Below are positions 9,142 through 20,100 of a DNA stretch of 49,212 nt, piece by piece. Source of the stretch: a virus (Duplodnaviria > Caudoviricetes); the IMG/VR virus record IMGVR_UViG_3300020045_004404, positions 1 to 49,212 of that record; one strand, given 5' to 3'. The notes beneath the pieces were generated by a model. That model ran no database searches, was not told the DNA's origin, and saw only the letters and a list, made by a program, of their open reading frames with translations. Numbering within the stretch: position 1 is the first letter of the stretch; each line of letters opens with the position of its first letter. Both the position numbers and the translations under genes were made by a program.

Positions 9142-9448
9142 CGGTAGTTAGCTCTACTTGCTGATAGCGTTTAGCACCTAACTGTTCGAGGGCCATAGCT
9201 TTTACGAAGGAATTTGTTTCATCTGCTTTATCATTGAGGGTATCGATACGCTGGTTAATATCACTCATCTCTTCTTTAACATCTCTTTTGAAAGGTGCCA
9301 TTACAGCTAGGGCACGAGTATCAATCTTACCGTAAAACCAGTCACGTGTTTCTATAGGTGCCATCCAGCCTACGATGACTAGAGCTATAATAACTTTTAC
9401 CCATGTTGGAGTTTTAGATTCTAAATAAGCTATAGCTGTTGCGAACAT
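9125..9448 (-). CDS. Single-TM membrane protein with coiled coil (holin/i-spanin-like candidate)
   Basis: Hydrophobic WVKVIIALVIVGWMA segment; lies after the tail genes; AGGAG RBS. Confidence 0.6.
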   Translation of the reverse strand: MFATAIAYLESKTPTWVKVIIALVIVGWMAPIETRDWFYGKIDTRALAVMAPFKRDVKEEMSDINQRIDTLNDKADETNSFVKAMALEQLGAKRYQQVELTTVDKTK

Positions 9449-9492
9449 GTGCGCTCTCCTATTAGGTACTATCTTAACCTAAGAGCGCACAT
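9447..9492 (-). promoter_or_regulatory. Hairpin sequestering the RBS and start codon of the 9448 gene
   Basis: Perfect 11-bp inverted repeat 9447-9457/9482-9492 plus an inner 5-bp stem 9463-9467/9477-9481. Confidence 0.65.
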
Positions 9493-9505
9493 AGTCTAGC
9501 GTTAA

Positions 9506-9865
9506 TTACTCTTGAGCATCAAGTAATAGTTTTAAAATAGGTTTAAGTTTAGCGATAGTGGTAGCGCCTTCAATGTCTACTGATTTAAGCGCCTTCTTGG
9601 CGGCTTTTAGCTTATCATCTTTCTCAGCCTCAGCTTCGGCCTGCTCGGTTAGGTCTTCAATAGTAAACTCGTGAGTCTTCGGTAGGATATGCTCCTTCTC
9701 AAGGATATCCCCAAACACAGTTAGAGAAGCTGGGACTACCTTATCTTCGAATCGGAATGTGCCCATCTCTACGTGGTTAGCTTTCCACTTCTCTAGCTCT
9801 TTTAAAGTTGGGAAGGATGCTTCGTTTGTAACGGCTGAGTCTTTTGTAATTGTAATTTTATACAT
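9506..9865 (-). CDS. Hypothetical protein, possible tail fibre chaperone
   Basis: Directly downstream of the tail fibre; assignment by position only. Confidence 0.6.
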   Translation of the reverse strand: MYKITITKDSAVTNEASFPTLKELEKWKANHVEMGTFRFEDKVVPASLTVFGDILEKEHILPKTHEFTIEDLTEQAEAEAEKDDKLKAAKKALKSVDIEGATTIAKLKPILKLLLDAQE

Positions 9866-9868
9866 AAA

Positions 9869-12853
9869 CTATACTACCTCACTAATAGAGAAAAAGTTTG
9901 CAGCCCCAAGAGCTATTAGAGTATTTGCACCACTTCTTGAATGGACGACTTTAACCAGTAAAGTTTCGCCAAAAGCTAAGTATACGTCAGTCGAACCTAT
10001 TGAACCTATTTGGGCCGTAACGGTGTTTTCAGTTTCATGATATGACCCCAAGGCGTAGGTAACTCCGTTCTTTTGTAAGTCAGTGTACATGTCTTCACCT
10101 AGCGCCCAAACGGCTTGAGCAAATAATACCGCCCATTTTACCGTATAGTACGTAGATTTAGGAGATGTGAATACTCCTGTAGTAGTGTTAATTGCCCCGT
10201 ATGGGTCAAAAGTTTTAACACCGTCATATACTAACGTATTACTGCCAATTGCATATGAAGTTCCAGCGCTGTTAATAGATCTAGCTACAATGGGTCCAGC
10301 GCCCACTGTCCCGACTATATAATTGCGGTATGAGAATCTAATCCAAGCGTTGAGTGCAGTATTCTTAGGGCGTGTTTCGACAGCAGTTCTAGGTGTGCCG
10401 TATGAACCCATTGTCATAGGATCTTTTACTACGTTGACAGCTCCACCTGTAGATATTACCGTTGCACCAGCAGCTAATCCATTATCCCCGAGGGCTGTGA
10501 ACCCAGAGCCACCTCCAACTATAGAGTGCCAGTGACCTTGAAACGCATCAGCTTGGTATGACCCAAGATTTCTAGCAGAGCCCTTACCGCGAACGAAAAC
10601 CTCATTAGTCTCGTAGTCAATTGTGATGCGTTTATTTGCTGCCCAGTCTGCATCGGCAGAAGCACCCTTAGCAGACGAGATTCTATATGTATCACCTGCA
10701 GTAGTGCTTAGACCTGCCATTGCCCACAGAACATCGTAGAGAGCTTTGTATTCAGAACCGTTATAATCTGCACCTGTCGCACCGATAGACTTGTTCATTG
10801 CTGAAATAAAGTTTTTAGGTGCTACTGTACCACCTGTGAACATGATCTCACTGATAGATCCGGGGTTATTCTCGGGCTCTATTACACCTGTTACATCTTG
10901 CTCAACAAAGTATAAGTTTAAACTGTTATATGACGTAGCCCCTAACACCGCAGTAGTCGATACCCGGATAACATCTCCGGGGATTACTGAAGTCTCTCCT
11001 GACAGTGCAGCAGAGTTACCTATAGCAGGTGCCGCAGTAATCGCAAAAGTTTCTGATGTAGATCCAATACTAGTTTTGGTGACTTGGTTTTTTGTAACTG
11101 TGAAAGGTTGGTTCGCAACAGTAGGAGTGACATAAGTATTTACTATCAGCACTCCTGCCTTTTTCATGGTGATATAAGTCCCTAAAGTAGAGTTGCTTAT
11201 TACATCAAATGCGTCCCCGGTATTCTTTATTTGAGTGTCAAACTTTATAATTCCTGTATCCGTAGACCCACGAGCAGATGCTCCTTCATATCTTAGTTCT
11301 GAAACTTTTCCTCTGAGGTTTACGTACCTAGTACCGTCTCTAGTCAACACGATTGAATCAAACGATAAGACCTTAGCACTGTTAAGTACCTTTACATGGA
11401 ATCCCACACGAATAGACGCACAAGTTGAAGGGACATATACAGTCGCGGCCATTATACCGTTAGTGCTTGAGATCGGTGCGAATACTGGAGAGCCTAACGC
11501 TGCTCCGGCCGTAGCATCCCATAACATTAACTGAATATCAGAAGCTCCACCGTTATAGTTCTCAGCAAGGTATATCGTAAGGTCTTTACCTCTGAATACT
11601 GAGTCAACAGGAATAGCAGGAGAAGCAAACCAATCGTTAAGTGATCCCGCTGCTTGAGTGTATTTATATGATTGAACACCTTGGATAGGTGCTGCGGTTT
11701 CAGGTACTAATGAACCTGCAAATGATCCTGCTCCAAGAAACGTAGCGTTATTTCCCTTGGTCCATAGTGAAATGTCTGAACCATCCATGATTTTAAGAAT
11801 GCTTGGATCTTGTGGTGCTGTACTAACTGAACCTGCTACCCACTTTGTCGATGTGTGGTTACGCGAAACACTGAACATCATACCGTCAGCAACATCAACC
11901 CCTGAGCCCTCTCCGAGAATCATGTCTGAGACGTTACCGCCAGTGTTGAACAGGAAGCGAATCGGGTTGCCAGTATTGTTAAAGAAGTGTAGCTCACGTG
12001 CGCCAGTACCACTTGCAGGTGCAGGGATCTGAGCGACAGATACTAGCGAGGCATTTGTGAAACGAGTATATGGAGTAGTTGGCATTGCTGCTAATACAGC
12101 AAGCGCACCTGTAGTCGTAGAGTCATCCGTCACAGCTTTAGTAAGTAGTTTAGGAAATACAGTGTACCCGTTAAGTGCTAGGGCCTGATCCGCTGATGTA
12201 CCTGATGTAAGTGAAAGAGCATCAGTGCCAGAAGTTCTGACATTGTTATTGTTAATTGATACGCCTGAGAAGCTAGATGTAGATGAGGTACTAGGCGCAC
12301 TGAATGCTGTGGCACTTATAGTGCCATCGTCTGCGATGGTAGCGAGTGAATCCTGTACCGCCTTTCCCGTTACACCATCGAACCTCGCAATAGCATTGTC
12401 GGTACTAGTACCAGCGTTTGTAACAGCATTAGGGTCGGCGACAGGTGCCCAGACCGCAGCACCGATAGTATCATCAACTAAGATGAATGTTGCACCTGAA
12501 GTAATGTTATACCAGAACGTACCTTCGTTAATGAATTCACTAGCGTCATCGGTAACCGTAGGGTCTACAGTCGTCATGATGGTACGGCTTTCCATAAGCT
12601 CTTCGATAAGGGCTTCAATGAGTGAGGTATCCCCACCGCCAGCAATTGCCCAATCGAAATTGGTAATGCCACTTTGAAGCTGGTAACTCTGTGGATTACC
12701 TAACCCGTCTGAGTCCACTACGTATACCACCATACCGTCATATCGCACGCCGGATACAATTGAGTCTCGGGCACCTATAGTGGCCACAACAGCTAGGCTA
12801 TCTAGTGGGACGCCTGCGCCTCTATCGAAACTGGAGTTTAATGGAATACCCAT
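9869..12853 (-). CDS. Tail fibre / receptor-binding protein, 994 aa
   Basis: G/S/T/A-rich beta modules, TDNAIARFDG fibre motif, collar-like segment (FVRG...LGSYQADAFQGHWH...ETRPKN), C1q-like C-terminus. Confidence 0.85.
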   Translation of the reverse strand: MGIPLNSSFDRGAGVPLDSLAVVATIGARDSIVSGVRYDGMVVYVVDSDGLGNPQSYQLQSGITNFDWAIAGGGDTSLIEALIEELMESRTIMTTVDPTVTDDASEFINEGTFWYNITSGATFILVDDTIGAAVWAPVADPNAVTNAGTSTDNAIARFDGVTGKAVQDSLATIADDGTISATAFSAPSTSSTSSFSGVSINNNNVRTSGTDALSLTSGTSADQALALNGYTVFPKLLTKAVTDDSTTTGALAVLAAMPTTPYTRFTNASLVSVAQIPAPASGTGARELHFFNNTGNPIRFLFNTGGNVSDMILGEGSGVDVADGMMFSVSRNHTSTKWVAGSVSTAPQDPSILKIMDGSDISLWTKGNNATFLGAGSFAGSLVPETAAPIQGVQSYKYTQAAGSLNDWFASPAIPVDSVFRGKDLTIYLAENYNGGASDIQLMLWDATAGAALGSPVFAPISSTNGIMAATVYVPSTCASIRVGFHVKVLNSAKVLSFDSIVLTRDGTRYVNLRGKVSELRYEGASARGSTDTGIIKFDTQIKNTGDAFDVISNSTLGTYITMKKAGVLIVNTYVTPTVANQPFTVTKNQVTKTSIGSTSETFAITAAPAIGNSAALSGETSVIPGDVIRVSTTAVLGATSYNSLNLYFVEQDVTGVIEPENNPGSISEIMFTGGTVAPKNFISAMNKSIGATGADYNGSEYKALYDVLWAMAGLSTTAGDTYRISSAKGASADADWAANKRITIDYETNEVFVRGKGSARNLGSYQADAFQGHWHSIVGGGSGFTALGDNGLAAGATVISTGGAVNVVKDPMTMGSYGTPRTAVETRPKNTALNAWIRFSYRNYIVGTVGAGPIVARSINSAGTSYAIGSNTLVYDGVKTFDPYGAINTTTGVFTSPKSTYYTVKWAVLFAQAVWALGEDMYTDLQKNGVTYALGSYHETENTVTAQIGSIGSTDVYLAFGETLLVKVVHSRSGANTLIALGAANFFSISEVV

Positions 12854-12859
12854 ATTAAA

Positions 12860-14155
12860 TTACCTCTTAAATGTGTAAGTCGTTGTGCCCGCTACCACAG
12901 GGTTATTAAACTCGTATATACGATACGACTGTGAAGTAGCATCAAGCCCAGTGATATTGCCTGTTGTTGCTGTCCAGTCTCCAATAGTTTCGAAACCGTT
13001 TGGATCTAGGATAGAAGTTAAAGCGCCGTATGAAGCTGGGAAAGCAAAGTAGTAAACGTCACCACCAGCCGCAGTAAATGCACGAGGGTAGTTGTTAGTA
13101 TTCGACATTACCACTTTAGTAAGTGCTGCCACTTGGGTAGGTGTTTTGCCGGGTACGCCTGCGCCCATGTAGTAAGGGTACACATAGCTGTACGTAACAG
13201 TGTTTGATGTGATTGTAGATATCCCGTCACTCACGCGAGAGTAGAAACTCATAGTATCAGAGAAAGGAGTGCTTTCTACGTAAGTCTCTACGCCACCGCC
13301 AGCCGCTGGAGAAGCTTCAGTATCTACCAGTACGCCGTTTCTATAATGAGTGACTGCAGTAATGTCTTCAGTATTCTTCACAGTCGTAGCGGACATTGTG
13401 ACTGCAGCTACTACAGTACCTTTCTCACGTACTGATGTAGACGGTGAACAAGATAGAGATATTGAAGGAGCTAGATAACCAAAGTTTAAAACGTACAGGA
13501 GTGCTTCACGAAGACTTTGCATACTTAGGTACGTATTATATCGTAGGGAGAAACCTTCGAATAAACCTGACTGCCAGAGGGCATCGGTACCATCAAACTC
13601 TAAATACTCGCCCGCTTCTACCCCCGGTGGGAGTAAACCACTTGCACCGCCACCTGACTGTAGTTGAATGAGATCTCTAAAGCCTTCTTCTACTTTATGA
13701 TTGAGGCCCTTCATGTGCATAGTAAGACGGTCAAGATCTTTCGATAATGCTGGGACTAATTGATTGCCGTTAGACAGCACTGAAGGTCGCATAGGGTTTG
13801 CTATAAACTCTACGTACAAGTAGTACCCAGTGTTCAAGTTTCCAGTGGCACTTAGCCATTCTTGTCTATCAGGTATTGGACCCATCCAACCGGGAGGGAC
13901 ATCAGAAGCATCAAGTAATGTAACTGAGGTATTTGGTCTGTTAATATTCTGTAGGGTAAAATCAGTACCTAGTACTAGATCGAAGACTACTAACCCTGAT
14001 AACTCGTCCCCTGCAATGTGGGACCAGTCAGGCATGTTAGTAATGTACACTTCAATAGTGGACTCTTCATACGTTGGAAACGTAATAGGGTACACCTTTA
14101 GGGTATCGTTACCTGTGTAGTGATCATAAGCTTTTGTACTCAGTGGTATAGTCAT
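12860..14155 (-). CDS. Tail fibre/adaptor protein with T7 gp17-like N-terminal anchor and Ig-like C-terminus
   Basis: YTGNDTLKVYPITFP...DLDRLTM anchor pattern and beta-rich C-terminal half. Confidence 0.75.
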   Translation of the reverse strand: MTIPLSTKAYDHYTGNDTLKVYPITFPTYEESTIEVYITNMPDWSHIAGDELSGLVVFDLVLGTDFTLQNINRPNTSVTLLDASDVPPGWMGPIPDRQEWLSATGNLNTGYYLYVEFIANPMRPSVLSNGNQLVPALSKDLDRLTMHMKGLNHKVEEGFRDLIQLQSGGGASGLLPPGVEAGEYLEFDGTDALWQSGLFEGFSLRYNTYLSMQSLREALLYVLNFGYLAPSISLSCSPSTSVREKGTVVAAVTMSATTVKNTEDITAVTHYRNGVLVDTEASPAAGGGVETYVESTPFSDTMSFYSRVSDGISTITSNTVTYSYVYPYYMGAGVPGKTPTQVAALTKVVMSNTNNYPRAFTAAGGDVYYFAFPASYGALTSILDPNGFETIGDWTATTGNITGLDATSQSYRIYEFNNPVVAGTTTYTFKR

Positions 14156-14193
14156 AATTCCCCTATACCACCATTTAACACTAGATTATTACG

Positions 14194-17100
14194 TTAATCA
14201 ACAAGTGGATTGTACTCTTCTCCAAACTGTTGAGTATAAGCTCTTCTCTCAGCATCCTCCATTAACCTTTCAATCATTACCTCGTCGTGATCTCTGAAAG
14301 CAGTAATGAAATCATTAACGTTAGAAATACCTGAGAATGGAACACCTGTAACCATAGTCGCCATGCCGAATACGTCTGCATAATCTCTGGCCCCCATCTT
14401 GTAATCAGTACCTGCGGTAACTGCTAACTTAGGTACTCCACGTAAAACTTGCTTAAGCGTGTGCTCTACAGGAGATATGGAAACGTCTGACCCTCCTCCG
14501 ATGTTAATGGCAGAAGAGAGTACTCGCCCGTATGGACCAAGGAAATAAGGTAACATTTCAGAGTACATCTGCACCTGCATACGTAGCTTTTTCTTATCCT
14601 CTTCTTCCTTAGGTCTGTCAGGCGTTGCGTAGTCCATGATCTCTAAAGCTATCTTGGTAGACGCTAATGCTGCACCAATGACAAGGGATGACATATACGC
14701 TTTACGCCATGCGTACCCATCACGGTTCATTTCTACATTAATCTGTCTTTTGAAGGTAATTAAATGCTGAGATGCGATATTAGTAAGTCTTCCAAATACT
14801 CCGCTTTTTTGACCTAGTGCCTTATTAGACAGTGCATATCTTCCTAAAGATCTCTCAGTTACTAAGTCTGCTTGCTTGATAGCGCCTTCAGTAGTGTTAC
14901 CTTTTGCCACCTGAGATTCATACTCAGTATTCCAGATAATGTTTTCTAGTACGTGCTGAGATACTTTCTGCAGCGTCATAGCAGCAGTGTTCATAAACTC
15001 TTTAGTCGTAGTGAGTTTAGAGTAAAGTTCTTCAGTATTCTCCGATAGAACAAACTGAACAAACTGACGCTCATTTGACTTCATCATCTCAGAAAGCTTA
15101 GTGCGGTTTCTCCACTTATTAATGTGTAGTGGCCATGTCATTGTGTTGAGAGAAAGTCTAAGCTTAGAAGATGTGTAAGGTGCTGCAGCTGGTACGCCCG
15201 CTACTAAGTTAGTGGCCGATGCGATGGCATCCATAGAGTAAAACACGAAAGAAGTATTTCTGAGAATCCAGTTCACTAGCTTAGGAGTATTAGGGTCGAT
15301 GTCATAGCGCACTTGGTTTTCTACTGTACCAACCCAGTCATTGATAATGCCAGTCTCAATAGTATTTGGCCCCGTCTTCACAGGCGCTTGAAGGGCCCCC
15401 GGACGGGTCATTTGAATGTGGGGGTAAATCTCAGGGTCGTTTACAAAAGCCTTAAATAAGTACATTGACGGCTTAATGTAGTACTCTCTCATAACCATGT
15501 TGATGTATGAAGTGACTGGAGTTAAGCCCAGCTTAACAGGAGTCTTCTTACCTTCGCCACGCTCTTTAGTACGGCTGAAATTTCTCATACCGAATACGTT
15601 GTAAAATAGTGACTCTGCTTTCACATTGGTACCGACTTCCATTACTTCATTGTACGAAATAGGGAAGTACCCACCTGTCAGATCAAAGCCGCCTACCTTG
15701 AACGGTACTGCAGGAATTGCCCCAACTAGGATACCTTTGTCTCTACGGTAAACGTCTTGGATCATTTTGAGCATCGGTACAAATTCGGCCCAAATAGCAT
15801 TAGTAAGGGCAATATCATCAGCTGTTATTGTCCCGTTAGCTACTAAGTCATCTAGGTCTTGCTGTAATTCTGTCTCTTTTAAAGTAGCAGTTTGAGTAAT
15901 AGGGTCTACGTTCACAAGCGCATGTGTTCTCATGAAAGTTTCTTTACCTGAGGCTGAGCCCATGTAAAGTAATACGCTGATCAACTCATCGCGGGATTCA
16001 ACATGTAACCCGGTTAAAGGTAAGTCCATTGGTTCAAGCTTCTTCGATAAAGACTTCTGAGCAAACTTACTAAGCTTGATAGATACTTCACCCGCTTCAT
16101 TCGTAGACTGAGACTCACCTTTAACAATATCGTAGATAATCTGCGCGATAGCAGAATCACGGTAAGATTCTTCACTTGAGAAATACGTACTAAAAACTTC
16201 ATGGATTGAGTTTGCTTGAGGGAGTTTACTTCTCATGTCCCAAACCTTAGTAGATTTGAGAACAGTAGTTTTAGCTTTGTTCACCTTTTGAGAAGTTACA
16301 AAGTCCCTACCTTCTTTCTCTAGTTGGCTTGCTGCGGCCGCTACTCTGGCCATAAGTTTAGTGTAGTCACCCATTGCGATAATAGCTGACACTGAGTCTA
16401 ACTTTTTACCAGCAACATCATTCACCATGGAAGTAGTGATACCTTCGACAAAAGCATTAAGCTCGGCATCCAAGTTTTCAATTACAGCACCTAGAGGCAC
16501 TGGCACCTTAGCAGCAATACTGTTAAGAACATCTCTGAGGTACTGCATAGTTTCAGGGTGAACTTTACCAGCATTCGCATACACGTAATCTAATGAACCG
16601 TAGTTCTGTAGGGCCGCTTTAGAAGAGTCCACTTTTTTAATAATGTCAGGTGCAAGTCTTAGCATCTCAGACTTAGTGAGCTCATCGTACTTAGCAATCA
16701 AAGCATCAACGTATTTGCCTTGGTTGAAGTAGTTAACGACATCAGTACTGGCATCTCTAACATTTTTAATTAGAGCTTTGATACGTAGATCTCTAATACT
16801 CATGGTATCGAGTTTTTCTTGAGCAGCAATAGTCACATGCTTATTAGCAATTCTCGAAGATACTTTACCGTTCTTGATGTAGGCCGCAAAAAGCTGTTTA
16901 GCTTCTGTAGGATACGCAGCTACCAGCTGAGTGAACTGGTCATTAAGAATAGTTGGGAGCGCTTTAGCAAGCATCTCTTCTGAGGCCTGTTTGATTTTAT
17001 CGTCAGTAACGTAACCTAGTTCTTCTAAAGTCTTCTGATAAATATCAACTTTAGTATTGAAGAATGCATTAGCAATACGGCCCATAACTGTATCAACAGA

Positions 17101-20100
17101 ATCACCCGCATCAAAAGCATCAGTATTCTGAGCAAGTAACGCTTCAATATCATCTAACGTGGCATCTCTGTAAAATGGAACTCTCTCAGGGTTATATCGC
17201 TCCATAAGTTCTTGGATGTTACTTAGATCTTTTGACATAGACTCAGGGATCTTTAGGCCCAATTGGCTGAGAGAATTTACTAACTCGCCTGAGTATGTAG
17301 CTCCAAAAGCTTCAGCTAGGTCTTTATTCATATTGCCGATAGCTTCAGGAGTATTGATTGCAGTTCTAGCGTTGATTGAGTCTGCATACATTTTAGCGAA
17401 GACCTTAGCGATGGCAGTATGCTTAGAAGCAATAACCTTATCTAAGATAAACTGCCCGCCTTTCCCTAGGATTTCTACAGGGAAATAACTGAAGTTGAAC
17501 ATAGGTACAGTAGTCTTATCGATCTGTTGGTTAACTGAGTACATGCTGTGAAACACATCACCCACTTCTGTAGTAGGGTCAAGAGCTTGATGGTATTCAC
17601 CTGAATACTCCCAGCCTTGAGACTCAGCTACAGAGGCTTGACGACTCAACACTTCCGAAGGAATTAGACCTCTCCAGTAAAGTAAGATCTTGGCTATCTC
17701 AGTATCCATTGCTTCAGTTTTTAAATGTCCGGCCTTAAGATACACTTCCATAGTCGTAGCAAGTTTCTCATGGATAACAGTACGCTTGGTTAAAATCTGT
17801 CTGCTCTGGTTACGAGAAATCATCTTACCAGTTTTAGGATTAGTCAGCGTAGTAGCTGCAGAGTCATTAACTTCTGAAATATCTTTCAAACCTAAAAGTT
17901 TTGCAGTGGCTTCGATAACGGATAAGTACTCAAGGCCCTCAGGAGAAATTGAACCTGCTTGTTTTTGAGCTTCTAATTCAGGTCCATCAACTGTCATGAA
18001 GTGAAGAATAGCGTGAGCGAACTCATGTGCTACAGTTGAAACTCTTTGAGCAGTTCTTCCTACTCCGTAGACGACTTTACTTGGATCCGCAGAGTTGGTA
18101 CCGATGTAAGCACTTCCAGCAGAGGCATCACTTTTAAACGTAATACTCTTGGCCATCTCTGAGATAGGTTTACCTAGCGCCTTAGCTCTTTTAACGAGTA
18201 CGCGCATGATGACCGGGATACCTTGGAGAGAAGCTTGCTGAACAGTCTCAGTAGTTCTACCAGAAGCTTTTAGGGCCTTAGCGAATTGAGCAGATAGTTT
18301 GTCAGCAATCCCTTGAATATCTAATGGGGATTCTTTGTCATAGAGATCAATAAGGTGAGTACTTCCGTCAACCAATTGTAATGATACTTGGTTCACGTTT
18401 CCAGTAGGATTAACTGCTTTTACTACTCCTGTTTGTTTACGGGCACTGATAGCAGCGGGATTAGCATCGGCAGCTAGTTCAGCAGAAATGCCGGGGATCG
18501 CTGGAGGTGTGGACTCCACGGCTTGGACAGCTAGACTATCGTATTGAGACTGCAACAAGTCTAACACTTCTGATAGGTGGGATACCGCTTCGTACCCCGA
18601 CATTTCTGTATCGGTATTAATTACTAGGTGGTTAATGGTAGGGTGTTTGTCTTTGAGTTTATTTGCAGCTACTACCCATTCGCCGTAAGTAAACTTAAAG
18701 TCTTCACCTGCGTTGATTGCTTGCGCTAGTTCTGACTGTCTTTCTTCTACCAGCACACTTTGCAATACAGCTACATCAGCCCCGAGCAGAGTTTCAATAT
18801 CAGCACCGTTAACAATTGTTTCAGTTGGAGTACCTTGGATTACTACACCGTCTTCTGTAGTGACTGAATCAGTGTTGGCACTATCGATAAGAGTCACTTT
18901 CTCTTGATCAGTCATACCTTCAACAAAGTCTAAAGCATCAGTATCGTTATCAAGCTCTGAGGCGAGCTCTAACGTTTCTTCGGCCTGAGCCGTTTTATAT
19001 TCTGATGCTGCAGTTTCTTCGGGGGTACGCTCATTGAAAGGTTTCGACTCAGTGGTATTTGTGAACTCAGCATTAACGTCAGGCTTAGCTTGACCACTTG
19101 AATCCGCAGCACTTGCTTTAGTTTCTACACTTGGAGAGTCATCAGCACTTAGTACAGTGTTTATTGCTTTGCCTGCAGCCGCATTTCCTGCGGCCAGAGT
19201 ACCTGCAGTGATCGCACCCGCAACACCTTCACGTACACCGTCTTTAAGGTTAGTGAGTGCTTTATTTTTACTTAGCCTACCGTTTTGAAAGTCGATCAAT
19301 GTCTTAGGTGCGGCATCACCAATACCTTCACCAATAAACTCTTCAGCACCTTTAGTCGCCACTTTAACAGCGGCCTTACCAAGCTTCCCAGATTTAGATA
19401 ATGCTTTAGCTGTGGCAGTTCTAAATACCTTAGGTACTACTTTTGAAACTTTACTGCCTGCATTTGCAAATATCTTAGGGGCCCAAGCTTCTGCAAACCC
19501 TCCGATAAGACCTTGTTCTGCAGCTTCAATACGCCACTTGTTCTTGAGAGTTTCAATATCAGCACGTACCGCTTTCCAGTTAATGTCTCCATTAACATCT
19601 CGGTAGTTAGTGTCAATTTCATTTTGAAGGTATTCATCCATAGCAGCAATTGCGCCCGCTGTGTATGCCCCTGCAATACCGCCTGTAACTGCTCCTATAG
19701 GACCACCTAAAGCAGCTACCCCAGCACCTGCACCAGCACCCGCCGCTCTACCTGCGATAGAAGTGGCAATGGAGGCGGCTGAGTTTGAAGCCTCCGCAAA
19801 AGCCGCTCTGAAGCCTTCCGGGTCAGTAGTGATATATTTTGCAATGTCAGTGAACGATACAGCACTGTCGCTAAAAGGAGTCCAGTCGTTCCACATTCTA
19901 TTAAGCTTAGGAGTACCTTCAGTCGTAGCGTTATTCGCTTTACGCTCAGAATCGATAAGCTGGTAGCTCAGCGCCCACTCTTCAAAGTCACCCTGAGGGC
20001 CCAAGAACTTTAGGGTATTCCCCATAGAGAGGATAGAGGCTTTATTAGTAGCAACAAACTTATCTAAAGTTGTGGCCTTCATGGCTCTTGCTTTAGCTGA

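Noticed and set aside
9759-13671. Multiple + strand ORFs antisense to the tail fibre genes (and similar ones opposite other long genes)
   Set aside because: Shadow ORFs caused by codon bias of the real minus-strand genes; no RBS or protein-like motifs.
9869-14155. Diversity-generating retroelement, expected from the BPP-1-like head genes
   Set aside because: No reverse transcriptase ORF and no TR/VR repeat pair seen near the tail fibre ends.
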